DNA of 64,000 bases from Eledone cirrhosa (GCA_964016885.1 OZ024741.1:79422001-79486000), one strand, 5' to 3'. Counted from the stretch's first letter, positions 29,036-42,656 are shown. Notes: generated by a model from the sequence alone, not told the origin. Numbers and translations are program-made.

Positions 29036-32000
29036 CATCATCATCATCATCATTTTATGTCCGCTTTTCCCTGCTTGCAAGGGTGGGACGGGTCTTATTC
29101 AGCACAGCATCTCTCCACTCGTCACGGTCCTTCGTCATCTCCACCGTGAGCTTCAATGATCTGAGGTCTGTTCTCACCACCTCCGCCCATGTTTTTCGTG
29201 GTCTACCTCTACCACGTCTTCCTTCAACTGGCATTTCCTGGCACTTCTTCACCCATCGGTCATCCTCCATCCGCATCACATGTCCATACCACCTCAGTCT
29301 CCTCTCCCGTACACTACATTCTATCCCTCTCAGACACAGTTTCTCTCTCAACACATTTATGCTGGGTCGTTCACGCACATTTACACTGCACATCCAACGG
29401 AGCATGCTTGCCTCATTTCTCTCCAGCCATCGCATATCCTCTGCAGTTGCTGCCCATGTCTCACTACCATGCAGCATTGCACTCCTCACACAGGCATCAT
29501 ACAACCGGCCTTTCGTACACAGGGAGAAACCCTTCTTCGTCAACAGAGGAAGCAGCTCCCTAAACTTCTTCCAACCCGTCCTTATTCTAGATACTATGGC
29601 CTCGGAACACCCTTCTCCCATGCTATTCTGATCTCCTAGGTACCGGAAGCTATCCACCACTTCTATAGCGCCCTCCTGCATCTGAAAAATGTGTCTATCA
29701 ATGGGACTTCTACTGTCTAATTTCCCTGTACATCTACTGCATACATATTTCTCCCTACCTGTTAGTTTGCCTGCTATCCCGCTACATCTCTTGTGTACCC
29801 AGGATCTGCATTGTGTGCATTTTATAGAATTTATGCCAGTTCCTTTTCTGCATATCGAACATGGCCATTTCCCTGACGGAATCAGGGTTTTGTCTTCTTT
29901 TCTACTCATCAACACTTTTGTCTTAGCTAGATTCACTCTCAGTCCTCTTGCTTCCAACTGCTGTTTCCATAGCCAGAATTTATTCTCTAGCTCCTCTACT
30001 GATTCTGCTATAAGAACCAGATCGTCAGCATAGGGAAGTTCCCATGGACAGCCAGTCTTAAACTCCTCTGTTATGGCTTGGAGGACTATAATGAACAAGA
30101 GCGGGCTGAGGACCGAACCCTGATGTACTCCTACTTGTATCTGGAATTCCTCACTAAACTCCATTCCTACCCTGACTTTACTGAGAGTACCTCTGTACAA
30201 AGTTTGCACTGTCCTCACAAGCCATTCCTCAACACCTAGCTTCCTTAGGGACCACCAGATGACAGATCGGGGTACCCTATCTAAGGCCTTCTCTAGGTCA
30301 ACAAAGACTAAGTATAGTGGCTTATTCTTCTCTAAGAACCTCTCTTGCAATTATCTCACCAAGAAGAGGGCATCTGTTGTACTCTTCCCAGGCACAAAAC
30401 CAAACTGCATCTCATCTAGTTTGACCCTTTCTCTAATTAGTTGTGCTAAAATCCTTTCTGCCACTTTCATAAACTGATCTATCAGTTTCATACCCCTATA
30501 ATTGCTCCTCTCCAGAGCATCCCCTTACCTTTGTAGCAATTTATGATAATACTGCTGCACCAGTCTTTGGGTATGACACCACCATATATAGCCTGATTGA
30601 TGATGCGTGCAACCAGTTTAGTGCCTACGTCCCCTGATGCCTTCAGCATCTCAGCAACTATTCCTGATGGTCCGGCAGCCTTACCATTTTTCATTTCCCT
30701 AATCGCCTCTTGGACCCTATATTTGTCAATCTCAATAGCTGGTCCCTCTGTCGGATCTACCAAGGGTAATTTCTCTTTCTCCCATTTGTTCTCCACATTC
30801 ATCAGTCTCTCATAATGACATTTCCAGGCCTCCTTTTTCTGATCATTCGTGACACTAAGTACACTGGCATCATGCCGGACACATTTATCTCCAACAACAT
30901 CCTGATTTGCATTGACACACTGCCTTGTAATGTGGAACACCGCACGCCTCTGATCTTCCCGTCGCAGAACATTGGCAAACCTCCTACTCTTTGCCTCCCT
31001 GCGTGCTAAGTACACCTGACATCTAGCTTCTCTCTTAGTGGCTGTATATTCTTCCCTACTCCCACCCTTTTTCCAAGCCTTCCATGCTAGTCTTTTGTCT
31101 CTAATAGCCTTATCTACTGTGCTGTTCCACCACCAGGTCACTCTCTGTCTGGTTGGAGCTCTGCTCCAGCCACAAGTTTCATCAGTAGCCTGCAGCAAGT
31201 TGTCACGTAAGAAATTCCAGTTATTATCTATGTCATACATCTCTAAATCGTCTTCTTTTTCGTCATATACATCTTGAAGGGCTTTCCTAAATTTGTATTT
31301 TAGTGAAAGGTCTTTTAGCTTCCAGACCTTTCTTCTCCACACCTTCCTATATGTCTCATTCCATCTCTTGCTTACTGAGATATCACTAACAACTAACCTA
31401 TGCTGTGGGGTACATTCTTCCCCAGGGTATGCCTTGGTATTAGACACTATCTGCCTGTCCCGCTGCCTAACTAGTAAGAAGTCAATCTGGCTTATGTGCT
31501 CAACAGATTTTTAGGTTATTAGGTGATTGGCAGGTTTCTGGAAGTTTGTGTTGCAAATAGTCAATGTACCTGCATCACAAAATTCAAGAAGTCTCACTCC
31601 TTCTTCATTTCTTGAGCCGCAACCGTGCCCACCATGTACCCCAGTGTAACCATCCTGGAGCTGTCCAACATGACCTTTGAAGTCTCCTGCTAGCATAACG
31701 ATGTCTCCGTCCTCTGTCATTGCGGTTGTTTGCAAAAGTTGCTCATAAAAGCAGTCTTTCTCATCTTTGCCTAGGCCTGCTTGGGGAGCATAGGCCGAGA
31801 TGATTGTCAGTAGTCGCCTACCTACAACTAATCTAAGCTTAATTATTCGATTACTAACTTGAACTATCTCTATTGTCTTATTGATCCATTTCTCAGCCAG
31901 GAAAATGCCTACTCCCCCTAACCCATCATCCTTACCTACCCAGAATAGCTTATAGCTAAGACGTTTGCCTACGACTAGTCTCGCAGAGGCACCTCTCCAT

Positions 32001-32300
32001 CTCACCTCTTGCACGCAGCACACATCCACCTGCCTTCTCTCCAGCATCTCCGCTATTTCAGCAGATCTACCTCTGAGAGTGCCAACATTAAGTGTTGCAA
32101 CTCTGAGATGCGACGTCTTCATATTTTGTTGTTGTTCCTATTTGTTGCTGTGCTGATAAGCGTTTTGGCATTGATACACTGGTTGGATGCTCTTCCTAAC
32201 ACCAGCACCACTTTACAGCATGGACTGGGTGCTTTTATTTGTGCCACCAGCACTAGAGAGGATGTCTTACTAGACTCAAGGGCCCTCTCTACCCCTCCAT
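29036..32300 (-). mobile_element. Nearly full-length RTE-clade LINE
   Basis: 5' UTR, one disrupted APE-RT ORF, (GAT)n tail; 5' boundary approximate. Confidence 0.95.
29055..32122 (-). pseudogene. RTE polyprotein (APE endonuclease, RT, PHD-like finger), disrupted
   Basis: ORF pieces 31511-32122 (TLNVGTL, CVQEVRW, AYAPQ, GDF), 30488-31447, 29055-30350 (QGSVLSP, YADD, FRYLG); stop at 31511-31513 and further stop/frameshift near 30350-30530. Confidence 0.92.
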
Positions 32301-32792
32301 TTTACAGCATGGTAATAAAAAAAAAAAAAAATTATTGACACAACGCACACACACACCAACATTCATGCATACAAACCACAACCACACACACGCCACTCAC
32401 ATACCAACGCTCATTGATGCATACAAACACACACACCACTCACAAACACACACACCACTCACAAACACACATATATATATATATATATATATTACCGGCA
32501 GTACTGATACAAATACAAAATCAAAATCAATATCATGTCAACTGTTGTCCTTTCCCAGTCCAGTTCAGCTTGTATATAATAATAATAATTGTTTGCTTTA
32601 CGCTGGTAATGGCGGTGGTGGTGGTGAATGGTGGTGGATGGTGTCAGTGTGGTGGTGGTGGATGGTCAATGATGGTGGTGGCAGTTGTTGGTGCTGTAGT
32701 TGTTATTGTAGTTGCTGCTGCTGCTGTTGTTGTTGTTGCTGTCGCTGTTGTTGTTGTTCTTGTTCTTTATTTCACTGCTGCTGTTGCTGCAG

Positions 32793-32840
<48 letters not shown>

Positions 32841-33054
32841 AAAGAATAGAGGTGTAACACACAAGTTGTGATATATTGGTAAACGGAAAAGAAAATGCTG
32901 ACAAATTGTTCACAGTGAAAAATAGTTTAATTAGGAATAAGTGAGAATTAGTAATAGTATTAGTTAGTATTCAGTTTTGGTTTTAAGTTTTACCGGTTGC
33001 GCATTTCTAATGCTTTTCAAAAATAATTTTGAAATAGAGCATCCGTGATGTTTG

Positions 33055-33550
33055 CTATCATCTCATTTCTACAACTGAGTAAACTGGAGCAATGTGAAAT
33101 AAAGTGTCTTGCTCAAGGAAACAACACATCACCCGGTCTGAGAATTGAACTCACAACCTTTCGATTGCAAGGCCAATTCTCTAACCGCTAAGCCATGGGC
33201 CTCCATATATCATCATTTCATTTCATTTTACGTCCGCTTTTTCCCTACTTGCAAGGGTGGGACGGGAACTGATTCTGGCTTGATTTCTACAGCTGGATGC
33301 CCTTCCTAACACCAACCTCATTTACAGTGAGTGCTGGGTGCTTTTTTTTCCGTGGCACCTCCACGACCACTTTGCAGTGGAATGATATGGACCCCAGTCC
33401 CTATCATCTCATTTCTACAGCTGAGTAAACTGGAGCAATGTGAAATAAAGTGTCTTGCTCAAGGAAACAACACATCACCCGGTCTGAGAATTGAACTCAC
33501 AACCTTTCAATTGCAAGGCCAATGCTCTAACCACTAAGCCATGTGCCTCC
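33055..33550 (-). mobile_element. SINE family 2 (tRNA head, CORE-like domain, RTE-related body and tail): partial plus full copy
   Basis: A box TGGCTTAGTGG, B box GAGTTCAATTC, CCTTGAGCAAGACACTT..CTGTAGAAATGAG (CORE-like), tail nearly identical to the RTE 3' end; resembles octopus OR-type SINEs. Confidence 0.85.
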
Positions 33551-34265
33551 ATATATATATATATATATATAAAAAAAAAAAAAAAAAAAATGATGCCAGG
33601 TTAAATTAGGGATCGGCCTCTCTCTCTCTCTCTCGGCCTGCTGAAATCGCCTCTCACCCCCTCACTCTCACTATCATATACGCTGCTCTCACACTCCCCC
33701 TCACTCCTTGCCAACCAAATATAAATGTCTTGTTACGGGGGACTAAACCCAGAATTTGTGTACTATTATTGATGGTTGCTTGTTCAGTTTTCTTCTACGA
33801 AATGTAATGTACATATTTCATTTTCTTTTCAACTCTCCACATTCGGTTCATTCATCTATATATCTTACAATCCCCCAGAATCAAAAATCGTATTCAAAAT
33901 TGGCTTTCTATAATTCTGTTCTGTCTCACCGTTGTTCTAAAAATAATTCTGCTCCTCGCAAACTACCCCATACCCCTCCCTCCCGTCCCCACTCTCCACC
34001 TTATTATTTGGACCAATCACAAGTAAACGACCTATGCTAGCACTTCTGGTTGCTTTTTCGATATGATGGATGAACTAGGGAATTTCTGGAGAGTCAGAAG
34101 AATCTGGACACCCGAAGACAATGCAAAAGATCACGACAAATTCACCTCATGCTGCCGGACGAAAGGGCAAAGCCCCACCCTCTTTGTTGCGGCCGCGGAT
34201 GACCAACATAACCCCTCCCTGCACCCCACCTACCAAACGCAATCCAAAACTTCAGAGTTGGTACC

Positions 34266-35504
34266 ATGAATGTAGGGACCTTAAAAGGTCGCTCAAACGA
34301 GGTTGTAGAAATGCTTGAACATAAGGAGGTTGATGTCTGCTGCATCCAAGAGACCAGGTGGAGGGGCGGGTCTGCTAGATTCATTGTGGGTAAAAAACGA
34401 TGCTATAAGCTTTTCTGGGTGGGAAATGACAATGGGCTGGGTGGGGTAGGAATCATGTTAGCAGAAAAATGGGTGGATAAGATAATAGACGTAAATAGAG
34501 TAAACGACAGAATAATTAAAATAAGACTTGTTCTAAATAGAACTACTGTGACGATAATATCTGCGTACGCGCCCCAATCCGGACTGCCTGGCGCTATAAA
34601 AGACACTTTCTATGAGACACTGATGCTCACTACCTCCCAAATAACCGACAGTGACTATATAATTATTGCTGGCGACCTAAATGGTCACGTTGGACAACAT
34701 TGTGACGGCTATGATGAAATCCATGGAGGCTATGGGTTTGGTACTAGAAATGAGGAAGGCTCCAGAATCCTGGAATTCTGTGACGCAAATAACCTAACAA
34801 TCTGTAACACTAACTTCAAAAAACGAGACAATCACTTGATCACCTACAGATCAGGGGAACATACCAGCCAGGTAGATTATATCCTTACCAGAAGACGTGA
34901 CAGAGTGACTGTTGTAAACACTAAATCCCTCCCCCATGAAGAATGCACCTCCCAATATAGACTGATAATTAGCGACCTCATAGTCAGGACGAGACGTACT
35001 CGACAGCAGAAGAGGATTATCCTCAGGAGAAAAATATGGAAGCTAAAGGACCCCACAGCCAGAAATAAATTTCAAAGCATATTACTTGATGCTTTCGACA
35101 GTAAGGAAGAGCATTTAGAGTCGTACAATATAGAGGAACAGTGGGAATTCCTGAAAGCAAACCTGCTGATGGCGGCAGACGAAGTCTGTGGCCGGAGCAG
35201 GCCTATAGGCAGGAGGAGAGTAACATGGTGGTGGAACAGTAAGGTGGAGGAGTCGATTAAGGCCAAAAAGCAGGCTTGGAAAGTATGGCGGGATGGGGGA
35301 AGTAGAGAAGACTATCAAGTGGCCAGGAGGGAAGCTAGGAGACAAGTGTACTTCGCAAGAAGGGAAGCAGAGGAAAGAAAGTTGAAGCATGTTCTACAAC
35401 GCGAGGACCAAAAACGTGAGGTGTTCAGGATTGCTAGGCTGGGGTCCATATCATTCCATTGCAAAGTGGTCGTGGTTGGTGTTAGGAAGGGCATCCAGCT
35501 GTAG
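34266..35504 (+). pseudogene. RTE APE endonuclease half, uninterrupted 412-aa frame, joined to a SINE2 3' half
   Basis: MNVGTLKGRS..CIQETRW..AYAPQ..GDLNGHVG..SQVDYIL; LINE homology ends at EVFRIAR (~35440). Confidence 0.9.
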
Positions 35505-36811
35505 AAATCAAGCCAAAATCAGTTCCCGTCCCACCCTTGCAAGCAGGGAAAAAGTGGACGTAAAATGAAATGATGGTATATATATAATTTTACAGAATGA
35601 AAGAATAAGAAAAACAAGGCAATATAATTATTTAACCATTGTTTTACAATCGTTTCAGAGAACAAAAGTATTGATGTGCAACTCCATACCATCAGTTTCA
35701 AAGAACCACATCTATGCTGCTGGTTATATATAAGTGAATTGAAAGAGTTTTGGGAGAAATCAATTTATTCCTTATGAAATGATAACAAAAAATATCTCAT
35801 ATTAAGATTTTAAGGTATGCCATGTATGTTTGAATGGCCATTTCTGGTACTTTCTATATTTTGTATGATATGTGTATATATATGGAGGGATATTGCTACA
35901 GCATTGCTATAGCAATATCCTTCCTGAAATACAGCAGAATAAACTCTATGTGTTTTTTTTTTAGTTTGGAGGAATAGTTGAAAGTGTTTACACTTCACAC
36001 TTCATTCTTTCCATGGCTAAGTCTTCTAATTTAAAAACAGCAGCAATATTTACTTTAACTGTGCCTTAAAATCTTCTTATATATTCTGTTCTAGCATAAA
36101 TCATTGATTAAATATTTTATATATATATGTATTTGACCAACTTTTCTGTCAACCAAATATTAGTGAAACTGATGTTATAAGGAAGCTGTTTACTCAAAGT
36201 ACTAACCATACAGTAGGATCAAACCCATAATCAAGATGTTGATCTCAACCACAGAACTATGCCTACATTAAAATACATACATAAATTAAAGTGTGAATAA
36301 GGTGAGTATATTGTATTGAGTATAGAAGTATTGTAAGACTTCCTTTTTCTCACACTCTGTCTGTTTCTTTCTTTCTCTGTCATGCTGTCTGTCTCTCTCT
36401 ACCTTCAAGATATACAATAATTTAATGAAATAATTGATATGGCTTGATTTCTAATCAAAACCTGGTCAAGTATCAATAAAGGTGGGTTAACTTATTTTGA
36501 TATCAGCTGATTGGAAGAAAAGGCCAGAGAGAAATAGAGAAATATGAGTAAAGAATTGATATATATATATATATATGAGCTTTCTCATGGAGTGCTTGGC
36601 TACATAATTCCTAATTGTATTTCGTTGGCTTGGCTACAGCCAAAGCTTCGATTTTACTAAACTTCCATTTGTATATATATATATATATATACATATATCA
36701 TCGTCATCATCATCATGTAGCATCTATTTTCCATGCTAGCATGGGTTAGATGGCTTTGTCCCATTAGAGGCAAGTTGGGTCGGGTTACCGTGTCTTGCTC
36801 ATATATATATC

Positions 36812-38817
36812 ATCATCATCACAGTTTTACGTCCGTTCTTCCACATTAGCATGGGTTAGATGGGGTGTCCTGTTGTGGGCAGTGTCTGTTCGGCTGACCT
36901 TGACTTGCTCATACGGGAACTGATTCTGGCTTGATTTCTACAGCTGGATGCCCTTCCTAACACCAACCTCATTTACAGTGAGTGCTGGGTGCTTTTTTTC
37001 CATGGCGCCTAAACGTCCACTTTACAATGCGGGCTGGGTGCTTTTTTGCCGTGGCACCTCCACGACCACTTTGCAGCGGCTTGTACCCGTGGGGGGTCGG
37101 GTCTTCTGTATTACTGCGTGATGCCAGAGGTCAAGGTCGTGTGATATCGCCTTTGAGAGGTGTAATTCGGTAAGGTCGGCTTTTATCACCTCATCCCAGG
37201 TCTTCTTGGGTCTCTCCACTCCGCGGTTTCCATCGACTTCTACTGCTCTGCACCTTTTTATGCAGCTGTCATCCTTCATATGCATTACATGTCCATACCA
37301 ACGCAACTGCCTCTCCTGCACACAGCATTTGATTCCTCTTATGCTCAGTCTCTCTCTCAATTCATTTATGCTTTGCCGTTCGCGTATATTACTATTACAC
37401 ATCCATCAGAGCATGCAGGCTTCGTTTCTTTCTAATCTATGCAAATCTATGCAGACAGTGCCCAGGTCTCACTACCATCTAACATTGCTGTTTGTATACA
37501 CGCATCATACAGTCTGCCTTTAATTTTGAGGAAAAAGCCTTTTGCAGCTAGCAGTGGCAGTAGCTCCCTGAACTTCTTCCATCCCGTTCTTACCCTAGTT
37601 ATTGTACTTTCCGAACACCCACCTCCGCTGCTAATTTGGTGACCTAGGTAGCAGAAGCTGTCTACTGTTTCTACAGAGCCCTCCCAGAGATTGGTGGTAC
37701 TTGTTTCCTGTGGCTGTTTGCTGCTTGCTGTCCCAGCACAGCTGCTGCATGTGAAGCCTACATTCTTAGTTAAGCTTCCTGAGATCCCGCTACATCTCTT
37801 GTGTACCCATTGTTTGCATTTGGGGCAGAGAATAGAGTTCCTACCTACACCTTTCCTACATACTGAGCAAAGTCATTTCCCTGAGGGGATCTGGGTTCTG
37901 TTTTCTCGTCTACTTACAAGGACCTTAGTCTTTATCAGGTTGACTTTGAGACCCTTTCTTTCTAGTCCCTGATTCCAAGTTTGGAATTCCTTCTCTAGTT
38001 CTACCATGGATTCAGCTATAAGTGCGAGGTCATCAGCATACAGGAGTTCCCATGGGCATCCAGTCTTAAACTCCTCTGTTATTGCCTGCAGGATTATGAT
38101 GAACAGGAGAGGGCTAAGAACAGAGCCCTGGTGGACACCAACCTGTAAGCTAAATTCCTCGCTATACTCATTGCTAATCCTAATTTTGCTGACTGCTCCC
38201 CTATACATGGCTTGTACAGCTTTCACAAGCCATTCATCTACTCCTAGTTTTCTAAGAGCCCACCAGATTATAGCATGGGGAACTCTTTCAAAGGCTTTCT
38301 CGAGATCGACAAATGCCAGGTAGAGTGGCTTACTTTTAGCTAGGTACTTTTCCTGTAACTGCCTCACAAGGAAGAGGGCAAACCCAAATTGCATCTCATA
38401 TAGTTTCACCCGGTCCCTAATCAACTGTGCTATAACTCTTTCTGTTACTTTCATGACTTGGTCCATCAGTTTTATACCTCTATAGTTTCCTCTATCTAGT
38501 GCATCACTTTTACCTTTGTAGCAGTTGACAATGATGCTACTGCACCAATCCTTTGGTATGACACCTGGTTAACAATACGTGTGGTTATGGTGTGACCTAC
38601 TGACCCAGATGCCTTCAGCATCTCGGCAGCTATACCCGATGGACTGGTTGCCTTCTCCATCTTCATATCTTTGATTGCCTTACTTACTACGTTGCTGCTG
38701 ACTTGTACTGCTGGCCCCTCTATAGGGTCTACTTGGGGTAGGGTCTCTTCTTCCCATGCATTCTCCTCATTTAGTAATCTATCATAATGGCTCTTCCACG
38801 CATCTTTCTTCTCAGCT
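36812..38817 (-). mobile_element. RTE LINE, RT half with 3' UTR
   Basis: QGSVLSP, LLYADDL (ORF 37873-38466), LRWYGHV; starts at AEKKDAWKSHYDRLLN. Confidence 0.9.
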
Positions 38818-38889
38818 TATATATATATGTAGGTATGCATGCATATATATATATATGTAGGTAGGTAGGTTTATGCAAGTATATATGTA

Positions 38890-40790
38890 TATCATCATCA
38901 TTGTTTTTATGTCTGTTTTTCCACGCCTTCATGGGTTGGATGGTTCCTTCTCTGCACGGCATCTTTGCATTCCTTTGATATCTCATCTGTGAGTCTCAGT
39001 GATTTGAGTTCAGCTCTACTGTGGCTTCCTTCCACTGGCATTTCCTGGCACATCTTCACCCAACAATCATTGTCCGTGTGCATCCCATGCCTGTACCAAT
39101 AAAATCTTCTCTCCTGTACACCACCTCAGATTCCTCTAAAACCCAGCTTCTCCTTCAACTCATCCAAGCTCTGCCTTTCTTTTACATTTACATTGTACAT
39201 CCAATGGAGCATAGTTGCTTCATTTCTCTCCAGTCTACACATGTCCTCTGCAGCTACAGCCCATGTTTCATGCAGCATCACACTTTGCACACAGGCTTAA
39301 TAGAGTTGTCCTTTTGTACATATGGAGAAACCTTTTGTAGTCAGCAGTGGTAGTAGCTCTCTAAACTTTTTCCATTCTAGGTATTATGCTCTGAGAGCAC
39401 CCTCCTCCATTGCTAATTATGCCACCTAGATAACAGAAGCTATCAACCACTTCTTTGGTCCTTCCTGTGACTGGAATAGATTTACATCACTGGCTGTCTT
39501 CCCCCTTGGTTACACCTGTAGCGCTCTCTAGACAGGAAGTAGCTGGAGTTACTTCCCGTTGAGGTTGCAGAACCTTCTTTGTGACTTCCGTCCAGGGAAC
39601 TATAAAAGGAAAGAGCTGAAAGCTATCTCCCTCTCTTTTCACCTATTGGCTGCTGGCCTTCGGCCAGGCGTGTTCCGCCGAAGGTATACTCTCTCCATTC
39701 CTGACTGTGAAAAGGTAAACAACTAACTTTCTTTCGTCGTGAAATCACTAGCCAACATGTAACACAACAATGTAACCACGGCCTGGCAACATCTCCGCCA
39801 GTAGACCGTGCCTCCTGAATTCCTTTAATTCATTGTTTCATCTCTTTTGGCATGCCAGCTCTACTCAGCTCAATCTTCGTAAAAAAATATTGTACATACA
39901 ACCCAGTGTCCCTGTTATACACCTGTGCATCTTCTACATACAAAGTCTTCACTTCCTGTTAGTCTAATTGTTTTCCCACTACATCTCTTGTGTACCCAAC
40001 ATTTACATTGTGTATAGCATATGGAGTTTATGCCAACTCCCTTTCTACATATTGAGCAGGGCCACTTCTCTGAAGGAATCAGAGTCCTATCTTCTCTCCT
40101 ACTCACTAGCACTTTAGTTTTGGCTAAGTTTACTCTCAGACCTTTTGATTCCAAATTCTGTTTCCATAGTCAGAACTTATTTTCTAGTTCTTTAATGGAT
40201 TTTGGTATAAGGACCAGATCATCTGCATAGAGATATTCCAATAGGCAGCCAGTCTTAAACTCCTCTGTTATAGTCTGGAGAACTATAATGAATAGTAGTG
40301 GGCTAAGAACTGAACCCTATTGAACTCCTACTTGTACCTTAAAATACACACTAAACTCATTTCCTACTCTCACTTTGCTGACAGCTTATCTGTACATGCC
40401 TTGCACTGCTCTCACCAACCATTCTTCTACACCTAATTTCCTTAAGGACCACCATCATCATCATCATCATCATCATCATCGTTTAATGTCTATCTTCCAT
40501 GCTAGCATGAGTAAATAATAGATTAAGGTACTCTGTCAAACGCCTTTTCTAAACCAACAAAAGCTAGGTATAATGGCTTATTTTTAGCTAGGAACTTCTC
40601 TTGTAGTTGCCTCACTAAAAAGAGGGCATCTGTAATACTTTTCCTATGCATGAAACCAAACTGCATCTTGTCTAATTTGACTCTTTCCCTAATTATTTGC
40701 GCTATAACTCTTTCCATCACTTTCATAACTTGGTCCATTAGTTTTATTCCTCCATAGTTGTTCTTTTCTAGGGCATCGCCTTTGTCCTGT
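38890..40790 (-). mobile_element. Decayed RTE LINE (RT half) with nested insertions
   Basis: ORF remnants 39915-40154 and 40523-40738. Confidence 0.85.
39517..39919 (+). mobile_element. Solo LTR, 403 bp, probably Ty3/gypsy-type
   Basis: Starts TGTAGCG, ends TGTTATA (decayed ..ACA), CACC duplicated on both sides, TATAAAAG at 39601; interrupts RTE coding sequence. Confidence 0.75.
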
Positions 40791-40950
40791 ACTACCTAGT
40801 TGGCTATGTGGGAAAAGCGCATGTAAAATGATGATGATGATATATATATATATATAAGAGTGGAAGTTAGTAAAATCGAATTTGCGGCAGTTGGCCAGCA
40901 CCCACGAAAAATCAATCTGAGCTTGCACGAATATATATATATATATATAT

Positions 40951-41588
40951 GGAGGCACATGGCTTAGTGATTAGAGCATTGGCTTTGCAATCGAAAGGTT
41001 GTGAGTTCAATTCTCAGACCGGGTGATGATAGAAATGAGATGATAGGGACTAGGGTCCCTATCATTCCACTGCAAAGTGGCCGTGGAGGTGCCATGGCAA
41101 AAAAGCACCCAGCACTCACTGTAAATGAGGTTGGTGTTAGAAGGGCATCCAGCTGTAGAAATAAAGCCAGAATCAGTTCCCGTCCCACCCTTGCAAGCAG
41201 GGAAAATGATGATATATATCATCATCGTCATTTTACGTCCGCTATTCCCTACTTGCAAGGGTTGGACGGGAACTGAATTTGTCTTGATTTCTACAGCTGG
41301 ATGCCCTTCCTAACACCAACCTTATTTACAGTGAGTGGCGGGTGCTTTTTTTGCGTGGCGCCTACACGTCCACTTTACAGTGTGGGCTGGGTGCTTTTTT
41401 GCCATAGCACCTCCACGACCACTTTGCAGTGGAATGATATGGAATCTAATTTCTACAGCTGAGTGAACTGGAGCAATGTGAAATAAAGTGTCTTACTCAA
41501 GGAAACAACACATCACCCGGTTTGAGAATTGAACTCACAACCTTTCGATTGCAAGGCCAATGCTCTAACCATTTACCCATGTGCCTCC
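40951..41588. mobile_element. Two SINE family-2 copies tail to tail (+ 40951-41212, - 41219-41588)
   Basis: GGAGGCAC heads at both outer ends; tails meet at GATGAT/ATCATC. Confidence 0.88.
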
Positions 41589-41626
41589 ATACATACATAC
41601 ATACATACATACATACATACATACAT

Positions 41627-42495
41627 AAAATTGACTAATTTACAGAAAAAGTTGTACATGGATACTTGAGGCGTAAAACACAGACCATAGAGGGGATAAA
41701 CCACTCAAAAAGCCTGGCATGGAGTTCCGACAAGTTTATGACATCACACCTTGAGGGATATCTCTATGCAATACAGGAACAAGAACTCCCTACCAAATAT
41801 CTGCTGCACAAAAGAGGAGGGCCAGCAGCTGACAATAAATGTAGGCTATGTAAAACAAAGATCGAGGATGTAAGCCACATTGTTGCCAGTTGCGAAAGAA
41901 TGTCATCTCGCTACTACCTCCCCATGAGACATGATGGGATAGCTAGAACCATCTGGAACGCACTTCGGAAAACAAAATTAACAACAAACGAGGAGCAATA
42001 CGTGTATATAGAGACAGATGGCACTAAGGAATACTGGTGGAACCTGAAAATATAAACTGCCACCAAATTAAAGCACAACCGGCCTGATATTGTTGTTTGG
42101 GACCACACATTGAAAACGTGTTCTGTTGTGGAGATCAGCTGCCCACTTGATGTAAACGTTGTCAGAAAAATACAGGAGAAGGAGGACATCTACGGACCAT
42201 TGATGAGGAGTTTACAAATCCAGTATCCAAGATACTCCTTTAGCTTCATACCCATCATTATTGGAGCTACGGGTTATATACCAACCCGCTTAGACCAAAG
42301 TATGACTGAACTTGGATTTGCGGACAAAAAGTGCAGCTCCCTAATTCATAGTCTACAAATGGCTGTGATAGCTGGCACCTTCAAAATTTGCAAAACATTC
42401 TTGCGATTCAAGGGATGACAATTTCTTTTCTTTTACAACCTTGCCACCAGGAAGGTGGCCGGTCAAAAAAATATACTCGAAATTAAGAGAAAGAG
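41627..42495 (+). mobile_element. 5'-truncated R4/Dong-type LINE (restriction-like endonuclease)
   Basis: CRLC..HI..C knuckle, RHD, HNRPDIV..VEISCP; one in-frame stop at 42053; (CATA)n on both sides. Confidence 0.88.
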
Positions 42496-42502
42496 ACATA
42501 CA

Positions 42503-42548
<46 letters not shown>

Positions 42549-42560
42549 GGAACGAGTAGG

Positions 42561-42656
42561 ACCCCGACGGCTGAGCTCAAGCCGTTTCGACGGCTAATTC
42601 TGGACTAAATGAAAATTTTTATCCTGGTATATGAATAGCCGAGCTTCTCAGGGGGT
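42561..42656 (-). ncRNA. Type-I hammerhead-like motif (CUGAGAA core)
   Basis: All three stems intact; stem III loop carries palindrome UGAGCUCA; GUC site. Confidence 0.65.

Noticed and set aside
29083-31514. Plus-strand ORFs over the RTE (and similar ones at 37206-38323, 50795-51481)
   Set aside because: Antisense shadows of the LINE coding strand
32335-32860. Cys/Trp/Gly-rich ORFs
   Set aside because: Made of (CA)n, (TA)n, (GGT)n and (TGT/TGC)n repeats
40951-41025. tRNA-like sequences with A and B boxes (also 33475-33550, 46878-46950)
   Set aside because: SINE heads continuing into CORE and RTE-related sequence; no complete acceptor stem seen
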